18,214 nucleotides of DNA from Octopus sinensis. Lineage: Eukaryota. Below, in pieces: positions 10,196-18,214 of the stretch. Positions within the stretch are counted from its first letter, which is position 1; each line of letters opens with the position of its first letter. Under the pieces are notes generated by a model. That model was not told where the DNA came from. It saw nothing but the letters and a program-made list of their open reading frames with translations, and ran no database searches. Both the position numbers and the translations under genes were made by a program. The stretch lies in NCBI RefSeq assembly GCF_006345805.1, contig NW_021824532.1, positions 1-18,214 of the forward strand. Direction: 5' to 3'.

Positions 10196-10420
10196 AAATA
10201 TAAATAGGTAACTATGTATTATGTGTTTTGTGTCAACTTTGATGAAAGAAACTTTTCGAAATATTAGAAGATACTAAACGAAAATATATCAAATGGCAAA
10301 AAGCATGTCACATATTTTCCTCTTATAATATCCAGTTGCCAGCAGCTTCTTAGTAAATGCATATTTCTCTGTGTCTCTGTATATACGACTGTTCTGTCAT
10401 GTTGCTATATATATATATAT

Positions 10421-10565
10421 ACTTATCTACATAAATACATACATACAAAAGTGCATATTCATATATCATGTATATATGTGTTTCTGTGTGTGTGTGTCAG
10501 TTTGTATGTGTGTATGTGCATATATATACATACATATATATATAATATATATATATATTATATTA

Positions 10566-10639
<74 letters not shown>

Positions 10640-10829
10640 CATATATATATATATATATTATATACATATATATATATATAATATATATATATATATACAT
10701 ATATATGTATATATATATCTATTATATATATATATATACTTATCTACATAATACATACATATACAAAAGTGCATATTCATATCTCATGTATATATGTGCC
10801 TCTGTGTGTCAGTTTGTATGTGTGTATGT
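10421..10829. repeat. ~95-bp direct repeat (10421-10517 and 10738-10829) separated by (TA)n
   Basis: ACTTATCTACATAA...CAAAAGTGCATATTCATAT...GTCAGTTTGTATGTGTGTATGT is present twice. Confidence 0.9.
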
Positions 10830-11101
10830 ATGACATGAATGTGTGTAAGCGTTTGCGTGTTTGTGTAGGTGTGCTTGTGCATCTATGTGGGTGAGTGTGT
10901 GTGTGTGTGTGTATAAGGAGTACGAGTGTATTTGCATATACAATATATGCATTTATATGTCACGATAAGTATACGTTAAGTCCTTTGAGATTTCCCAGTA
11001 TAATATATTATATTATTTCAAGTTAGCTTCTCCTGCATGATTTTTTAAATTTTTTCGTTTCTTCTTTTATATATTTCTGTACTATTTCCATTTGGTGGAA
11101 T

Positions 11102-11140
<39 letters not shown>

Positions 11141-11175
11141 CATATATAAACTCATATACACATATATTCTTTCAG

Positions 11176-11311
11176 AGAACCAAAACTTTCGAAATTTAGT
11201 TTATCTCAAAGGAATGTGCATATGCTGTTACATATGTACACCTACGTATATTCCCAGCCATGGATGGCTGCAAGATCGTTTTGCGAAACTCACGTAACTA
11301 GGAAAACGACA
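11176..11311 (+). CDS. Candidate exon 7 EPKLSKFSLSQRNVHMLLHMYTYVYSQPWMAARSFCETHVTRKTT
   Basis: Acceptor ATATTCTTTCAG, consensus donor GTGAGT at 11312. 45 open codons, phase 2 to 0. Alternative donor GTAACT at 11294 is also phase 0. Confidence 0.6.
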
Positions 11312-11404
11312 GTGAGTATGAACTATATAATTTATAGCGAGTATTGAACACGTGCCTTCCGCGCAGTTCACCGTGTGTATATGTGGAGATCAACGTGTTT
11401 GCTA

Positions 11405-11439
11405 GAGTGTGTATATAAGTGTATATATATGTGTGTATG

Positions 11440-11485
<46 letters not shown>

Positions 11486-11502
11486 GGTGTGTGTGTGTGT
11501 GC
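11405..11502. repeat. (GT)n microsatellite
   Basis: Direct inspection. Confidence 0.95.
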
Positions 11503-12173
11503 ATTATTTAAAAGAGATTCATTTGGTGTCCGTTAGGGGCCTGCGGACCTTGAGTAGCACGAAAACTCAATCATACTGTTTTAAAGACTACATTCAATGC
11601 CGGTCCAGTTCACCCGTCTCTAAATGATGTTCAGCTTTAGCTGTGCCTTTAAACCTTAGACGGATCGGTGTCTTAGTTTTAAATTAATATGGAAGTTGTA
11701 ATTTTTTTTAATTACAGTCGTTTTCATTTTTCTTTTTTGCGCCATGGAACACAGGTTCAAATCTGGCCTCATGAGACTCTGGGCTTAAATCTCGTTACAT
11801 ATCTGATGCTAATAAAGTGCAAAGTAGAAGTTAAATTTTCTATAAACACTATTTTTTTTCCATCCAGTCACGGTATGATATTTCTAAAGAGACAATTCCC
11901 TGATGCAAGCCCGATTTTTTTACTGACTTTCATCACCTCTGGTCACATTTCACTTGCGAATATGTATTTCGTTGAGAATTAACATTATTCATTAATTAGA
12001 AAATTCCTACAGCTATATTTATTATTTTAGCTCTTGGAATGACTGAAGACGTCTCGGCTAAATCTGGTTGGTGATCTGTGAATCCACAAGGTCCTTCCTG
12101 ATCGCTTTGCCTTATTTCTTTTAACGATTCGATTTACTTCTTTCCATGATAAATGCACTGTCATGATAAAATA

Positions 12174-12177
<4 letters not shown>

Positions 12178-12248
<71 letters not shown>
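12178..12248. repeat. Pure (TAA)n microsatellite
   Basis: Uninterrupted TAA array. Confidence 0.98.
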
Positions 12249-12534
12249 GCAAAATGTGTCTTAATCCTGTGGGTTTTAATTGATTAAGTATATAGTGTCA
12301 TATATTTCAAATTTGTAACGAAAGTGTCTGAAGTATTCGTCTCAAGTGGAATCATATCTCTTACCACGTCTCCCGCAAGACCATCGATTAATCTCCAATA
12401 GTCACAGATACCTTGTTTTGTCTGGGAAAAAAAATTACCGCTGACAAAATCAATACAAGTTTCCGAAAGACAACATGGGAAATTACTGAGCAGCGATTCT
12501 CAATCGGTTCTTCGTCACACACACTCGTGTGTAG

Positions 12535-12675
12535 TATGTATGTATACATACATATATTTACACACACACACACATGTATACTTTTATTATATATATGATA
12601 TATATATATATATATATATATATAATGTATGTATGTATGTATATATATATATATATATATAAGTAAATATATATG
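12535..12675. repeat. (TATG)/(CA)/(TA) compound microsatellite
   Basis: Direct inspection. Confidence 0.9.
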
Positions 12676-13671
12676 TATGGACGAAGACAGCATTTCGTCA
12701 TCAGTGGTCGCCAAGTGGAGCGGTTTAATTCCATTATCTCTATTAATGTTGATGTTGGGTGTAGTGGTATATGTCGCTCGCATTTTAAGGAAATGTTGTT
12801 GGTTGTAATGACAATGTTGTTATTCGAGAGGATAATGGGGTGGGGTGGGGTCATCGTCGTCGTCGTGTTGACAGTTGTTGCAGCTTTGGTGGTGATGATG
12901 TCGGGGTGGATGGTAACGGTGTAGATGAGGGCGGAAGATTAAGAGGTGACAATGGCGATGGTATTAATTTTGGCCTTGGTGGTGAAAATATTAGTTGGGT
13001 TTTTCTTGGAATCATGTGTGGTGGCAGTGATGATGGTAGCTATACATTAGTGACCTCAACTAAATGGTACGTGAAAAGAATCATTCTTGGATACTCCACA
13101 CAAACAATGGCCAATGTCAGCCATTCCTTATATATTCATCATCATCAATTAAACTTCAAGTTCAAAATTTGGAATTCAGTTAATATTGAAATATTATACT
13201 GTTTTTATGTACCACGCTCACTTGAGGGGTCGTAACAGACATTTTAGAAAAGTGAAATCTTCTAGATAATCTATCGAGTAAAGTTAGAATTATCAAATTA
13301 AATATGAATGGCAGATTAGCTTAAGTAATTCTATAGGCAGATAAGGCATTCATGGTTGGATTATATATTATCATACGTCTGTCAGATCAGAGATTACCTT
13401 CCGATAGAAGCCAACATTGTTATGTTAGAGGATATTGATATTGGCTAGATATAGCAGCCAATTTTCAATTAATTTGCTCTGTATTATCTAAAATTAGGAC
13501 ATGGTAGGTCAGCCGTCACACAAGAGCAAGAAAAGTTTGGTTCCATGTTGCACGCTTCGCTTGTTTTCATAGACGACAGCACAAATACTCACACGTAACA
13601 CGCAATATATGACACCTGGGGGGAGAGAGACACACATTCACACACCCATATTTTTCCTGATATAGAAATAT

Positions 13672-14164
13672 TCTTTTTACTCTTTTACTTGTTTCAGACA
13701 TTTGACTGCGGCCATGCTGGTGCACCACATTTAGTCGAAAATCGCCCCCAGGACTTATTCTTTGGAAGCCTGGGACTTATTCTATTGGTCTCTTTTGCAG
13801 AACCGCTAAGTTACAGGGACGTAAACACACCAGCATCGGTTGTCAAGCGATGCTGGGGGGACAAACACAGATACACAAACATATATACACACATATATAT
13901 ATATATATATACACATATATATCTATTATATATATAATATATATATATTATATATATATATATATTATATATATATATACATATATTCGACGGGCTCCTT
14001 TCAGTCTCCGTCTACCAAATCCACTCACAAGGCGTTGGTCAGCCCGAGGCTATAGTAAGTAGAAGACGCTTGCCCAAGGTGCCACGCGTGCCACGCAGTG
14101 GGACTGAACCCGGAACCATGTGGTTGGTAAGCAAGCTACTTACCACACAGCCACTCCTGCGCCT
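13672..14164 (-). mobile_element. tRNA-derived SINE, family A, full length with expanded internal (TA)n
   Basis: Reverse complement of the 6163-6574 type. Carries a 9-nt tandem duplication GTGCCACGC x2 at 14079-14096. Confidence 0.9.
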
Positions 14165-14203
14165 ATATATATATTTATATATATATAGTACTATATTCTG
14201 GTT

Positions 14204-14579
14204 GTCTGTGAAATCCTGGCTCAGTGGTTACAGCGCTGGGATCACAATCGTGATGAGGTAGTGAGTTCGATTCATGAACCGGCCTGTGTATTGTGTTCTT
14301 GAGCAAGACTCTTTGTTTCATGTTACTCCAGATAACTCTGCTGCAGAACTGAGTTGTAAAGTCACTGGTGCCAAGCTGTATCGGCCTTTACCTGTCCCTT
14401 GGACAACATCAGTGGCATATAGAGATGAGGCTGGTGTTCATGGTCGACTGCTGTTCTTCCATAAACAAGTCTTCCAGACTTTTGTTCCAGAGGGGAACAT
14501 TCTAGATACATCCCATGGTCATTCGTGACCCAAGAGGATTTTTACAGTTATTATATTGATTTACAATTTTTTATATTTC
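14204..14579 (+). mobile_element. tRNA-derived SINE, family C, with 11-bp target-site duplication
   Basis: A-box-like TGGCTCAGTGG at 14217-14227, B-box-like GTTCGATTC at 14265-14273, CORE-like TGTGTTCTTGAGCAAGAC. Flanked by ATATTCTGGTT at 14193-14203 and 14580-14590. Confidence 0.8.
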
Positions 14580-14726
14580 ATATTCTGGTTTACTTTAAAG
14601 AATTTTGTTCAAAATGAGGGATATGATAATTCGAGGGACATTTGGTTGCAATGTCTAGCACAACACATTACCCCATTCGAAGACGCTCGTTGAATCATGT
14701 TCATTTGGAATGTCCTAATTTTGCAG

Positions 14727-14896
14727 TATAATTCCTCGTCCCAGATTTTTGAAGAATTCAATAAATATACCTGCCTTATGTTTAGACAGACGTCTGAGAG
14801 GCCAAAGTTTACATCATTCTTAACCGACCTCTCAGACTTTTTTAATATAATTGCTTTACCACCTTCATTGCACAATGTCTGTTGCCAGAGGCCTGA
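14727..14896 (+). CDS. Candidate exon 8 YNSSSQIFEEFNKYTCLMFRQTSERPKFTSFLTDLSDFFNIIALPPSLHNVCCQRP
   Basis: Branch-like CCTAAT plus TTTGCAG acceptor, donor GA|GTAAAT. 56 open codons, phase 0 to 2. Confidence 0.6.
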
Positions 14897-14924
14897 GTAA
14901 ATACTTTACATTCAATACAGACAT

Positions 14925-15110
14925 GCACACAGCACACACACCACACACACACACTATACACACACACACACATACTTATACTTGTATATAACATACATTC
15001 ATTCATACATATACAAATATATATATATATATATAAATATACATGTACGTATGTATGTATGTATGTATGTATGTATGTATGTATACACACACATGCATAC
15101 ATATATTTAG
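14925..15110. repeat. (CA)/(TA)/(TATG) compound microsatellite
   Basis: Direct inspection. Confidence 0.9.
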
Positions 15111-15223
15111 ACACTAGCTTATATGGACACACATAAAAACCCGTACAAGAACACGCACGTGTGTGTATGTATATATATATATATATCCCTACAAAAACAT
15201 ATATCTATAAACGTATATATGTA

Positions 15224-15410
<187 letters not shown>

Positions 15411-15429
15411 TTGCCATGTTTTACCATGT

Positions 15430-15735
15430 ACTCGTTTCCAACATTAGCCTTTCGTCATGCTGGGGCACCACCGCCTTAAAGAATTTCCCTACGAGTCACC
15501 TCCATTTCTGAATAAACTGTACACCCAGGGGCGAAAGTCAAAGTTGCAAGACACTGACTCGAAGATGTCACTGACTCTATGTGTACACACACACACACAC
15601 ACACACACAGATATACCACGGGCTTCTTTTAGATTCCGTCTACCAAATCTATTCACAAGGCATTCGCCCAGTGGGACTGAACCCTGAACCATGTGGTTAG
15701 TAACCACGCTACATGCTACATAGCCACTCCTGTGC
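15430..15735 (-). mobile_element. Diverged family A-related SINE with an internal deletion and a different middle
   Basis: Head region 15612-15735 (TCCGTCTACCAAATC...GTGGGACTGAACCC...AGCCACTCCTG) lacks about 45 nt of the standard copy. CATGCTGGGGCACCACCGCCTT near 15456 matches the family 3' part. Confidence 0.7.
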
Positions 15736-15844
15736 ATATATATGTTAATAATGATTGAAATAATATTCAGATGTAACAGAGTTATTGTTATTCTATTTAT
15801 TAACACAGAATTTTGTGTAATTGCCCAGAACAACTGTAGCTAAG

Positions 15845-15886
<42 letters not shown>
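15845..15886. repeat. (AGAT)n
   Basis: Direct inspection. Confidence 0.95.
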
Positions 15887-15887
<1 letters not shown>

Positions 15888-16060
15888 AAAGATTCCCTTT
15901 TTTTTATTCGCTCTCTGTTTATTTCCTCAAGTTCTTTTTTGATTAAGAGCGTAGACTCGAAACATAAAAGACTCCCTCACTTTCCCCAGCGTCAAACTAA
16001 TACAACTGCTTGTTGTTTATACACTTGTCTTCGTCTTTTGTTTCTCAGTAAATTTCAACT
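15887..16060 (+). mobile_element. Dispersed repeat copy 2 with hammerhead-like motif
   Basis: TTGATTAA-GAGC-GTAG-ACTC-GAAACATA at 15939-15966. Inverted homologue of 4324-4435 and 17141-17310, with AGAT arrays on both sides. Confidence 0.7.
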
Positions 16061-16190
16061 AGATAGATAGATAGAGAGGGAGAGGGAGGGAGAGAGACAG
16101 ACAGACAGAGAGATGTATGCATTCACCATTAATTATATCTTCTCTTTTGGTATGAGAGTATGTTGATTCTATGTTGAAGTCAATTTTCAG

Positions 16191-16211
16191 TCACCGGTCC
16201 TCTGACGACAA
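16191..16211 (+). CDS. Tentative exon 9 (D)HRSSDD(K)
   Basis: Acceptor CAATTTTCAG, donor GTAATG at 16212, phase 2 to 2. A longer phase 1 to 0 version (16191-16231, TGPLTTSNELETI, donor GTACGT) is equally possible. Confidence 0.3.
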
Positions 16212-16307
16212 GTAATGAGTTAGAAACCATTGTACGTATCTACTTCTTTGTATCGCGATTTCAATTCAAAAGATATTTTTTTTTATTCTTGATGCTGTAT
16301 TTTGTAG

Positions 16308-16419
16308 AACAGAAATCGAGGCGTTATACAGTGTAAACTTTCACCCATCGTCGCTATCTTCCCAGATCCTCCTGCATTCCACAATGAATGTTTGGTCTTT
16401 CGAAGTCGTTATATTATAA
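16308..16419 (+). CDS. Tentative terminal exon TEIEALYSVNFHPSSLSSQILLHSTMNVWSFEVVIL*
   Basis: Acceptor GCTGTATTTTGTAG. The phase-2 frame is open to TAA at 16417-16419. Frame 0 is also open (NRNRGVIQCKLSPIVAIFPDPPAFHNECLVFRSRYIIN*), so the frame is ambiguous. Confidence 0.3.
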
Positions 16420-16829
16420 ATTGACCTACATTTTTTTCGCATTATATTCTCGTCTGAATAATTTGATTGTATACCGGGAAACTCAGTGATATTTTGTCCA
16501 CTCAAATTTCTCACTTGCCATTAGGCATTGTTTTACTTTTCTATAAGCAAAAGATAATTCCGTAATTATATGGTATTTATCGTAGCATTATGCCTCATTT
16601 TTGATAAAATACATTCAATTGAAAACTCTGAGGCATCTACAAACGAAAAGAACGCACTATTGTCTGGAGACCGGTAGACAGTTAAGGCCTTCTCTTTCTA
16701 TTTCAATAGACGCCAGAGGTTGTCCTATATTGATAAAGGAAAGATTTGTACGTAAATCATAACAGAAGAGAATACCTATTTCAAATAAATTCATAGAAGT
16801 CTATCTAACTCTGTCTCTCTTTCGCTTTC

Positions 16830-16896
16830 GCTTTTTCACTCTCTCTCTCTTTCTTACACACACACAACACACACACTCACACACACACACACACAC

Positions 16897-16945
<49 letters not shown>

Positions 16946-17140
16946 CTTTTCACCTATATTTTCAAAATTTCTATCTCGCTCTATTTTCTAACTTTCTATA
17001 TAGCTCTCTCTCCATCAATGCATCTATCTTACTATCTACCTTTTATATATATATTAATAGATATATATATTATATATATAGATAATATATTATATATATA
17101 TATATATATATATTATAATATATATATATATATATATATA
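16830..17140. repeat. (CT)/(CA)/(TA) compound microsatellites
   Basis: Direct inspection. Confidence 0.9.
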
Positions 17141-17310
17141 AAGGGAAAGTTTACGAAAATAAACAAAAGACAAGGCAGGTGGTGTACAAACAACAGATGT
17201 ATTAGTATATCGCTCAGGAATAGAAAAAGTGTTTTACGTTTCGAGCCTACGCTCTTCTACAGACAGGTACACCGAAAAAACAAGGAGTGAAAAAAGGAGA
17301 GAAAAAACAA
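17141..17310 (-). mobile_element. Dispersed repeat copy 3 with hammerhead-like motif
   Basis: Minus strand 17262->17235 reads CTGTAGA-A-GAGC-GTAG-GCTC-GAAACGTA. Abuts (TA)n. Confidence 0.75.
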
Positions 17311-18001
17311 AATATGTATACCCTCAATGTAATGTTGGCAAATGGAATAAGTATAAAAATGAACATTGTCAATTTAATTGGAAAATGCTATATGTGGCTG
17401 AAGATTGCTCTACATTTTAAAACTGATGTAATACTTGCATTGTTTGATTAAATGAAGTAGCATTAAACGATTGTACTGCACTACCTTGGATATCCTTGTT
17501 GCTTATCCTGGTGCCTTTAACTGAAGTACCATATTCATCTGAATCTAAATTTTGCTGATCTTATATATATATATATATATGCCTGTTTCTCTTTCTATTT
17601 TACACACGCACAAATACACACACACACACATATATATACATATCAGTTGAGAATGCAGAAACCAAGTCGGCTTTGACTTGGTGTCGGTCAATTAAAGTGA
17701 TCTTATATCCGGGAAAGCAATTTAGAAAAATCAGATTTAGCGATATAATTTCCGCTAATTCTAATCCATGCCTTTGTGGCTCATCTTACCCTTAATCTGT
17801 CTGGCCTTCAGCGAAATTTAAACAAAGATTACTTCTTACTTATTCCACTAAATAAAAGTCTATGCTGTTAGGTGAAGCAAATTAGAAAATATAATTAGTA
17901 TTTATGGATGCACGGCTGTATGATTCTCATTAATAATTAAAAATGGGTTAATATTATATATTTCTTCTTTAAAACTCAATGACATGCAAAGCGCCACAAC
18001 A

Positions 18002-18214
18002 TGGCGATCTGGCAGAACTGTTAGAGTGTCGTGCAAAATGCATAGCGGCATTTCGTCCGCGTCTACTTTCTGAGTTCATTTCCACTCAGTTTCATATTCC
18101 ACCGTGGGCCCTCCGGAAGTCGGTAATATAAATACGAGTTGAAAACTGAGGTCGATGTAAACAACTTACACCTTTCCCCGGAAAATCCCTCTCTTGTGTC
18201 AAAATTCAAAATAA
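18002..18214 (+). mobile_element. Diverged family B SINE running to the window end
   Basis: TGGCGATCTGGCAGAACTGTTAG...AAATGCATAGCGGCATTTCGTC...CTGAGTTCA...GGTCGATGTAA aligns to 771-930. Confidence 0.7.

Noticed and set aside
11243-11293. YVYSQPWMAARSFCETH resembles the C-type lectin WxxAxxxC motif
   Set aside because: No downstream lectin hallmarks (WIGL-type motif, C-terminal Cys pair pattern) are visible in the adjoining exons, and the match is too short.
7797-14726. Loose resemblance, from memory, of ES..C..ALK / LS....ML / EGY..SRDIWL / EDAR(W)IM to DUF4238-like proteins
   Set aside because: Cannot be verified without a profile search, the N-terminal H-x-x-P motif is not seen, and a signal peptide would be unexpected. 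Needs HHpred.
16585-16751. Further open segments with splice-like ends (16585-16673 and 16710-16747/16751)
   Set aside because: Several frames are open, the implied intron would be only 36 nt, and no consistent chain could be built.
17450-17510. ATGA...AAA...GA as a possible SECIS element
   Set aside because: Helix II pairing is poor and the non-Watson-Crick quartet spacing is not canonical.
17661-17682. 8-bp hairpin ACCAAGTC-GGCTTT-GACTTGGT
   Set aside because: Expected by chance in 18 kb, with no U-tract or other context.

Overview
AT-rich, microsatellite-saturated animal genomic DNA. The SINE families and repeat content resemble octopus/coleoid cephalopod DNA; this is inferred from memory, not from a search. 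Nearly all ORFs in the supplied track are artefacts of (TA)n, (GT)n, (AAT)n, (GAT)n and (AGAT)n repeats. Reading splice signals by hand gives a phase-consistent chain of small + strand exons: 2852-2906, 3055-3083, 5624-5650, 5793-5870, 7797-7900, 9146-9175, 11176-11311, 14727-14896, and tentatively 16191-16211 and 16308-16419. The chain encodes an unrecognised protein of about 250 aa that begins with a signal-peptide/signal-anchor-like segment. The putative introns hold three tRNA-head SINE families (young and old copies, one nested in another) and copies of a microsatellite-abutting repeat with a degenerate minimal hammerhead-ribozyme architecture. A decayed RTE-clade LINE 3' fragment lies upstream of the gene model. 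Other oddities are an in-frame 5' extension of exon 8 interrupted by a single TGA directly behind a SINE insertion, a ~150-bp quasi-palindrome, and a candidate 5-nt microexon. No CRISPR, rRNA or genuine tRNA gene is supported.
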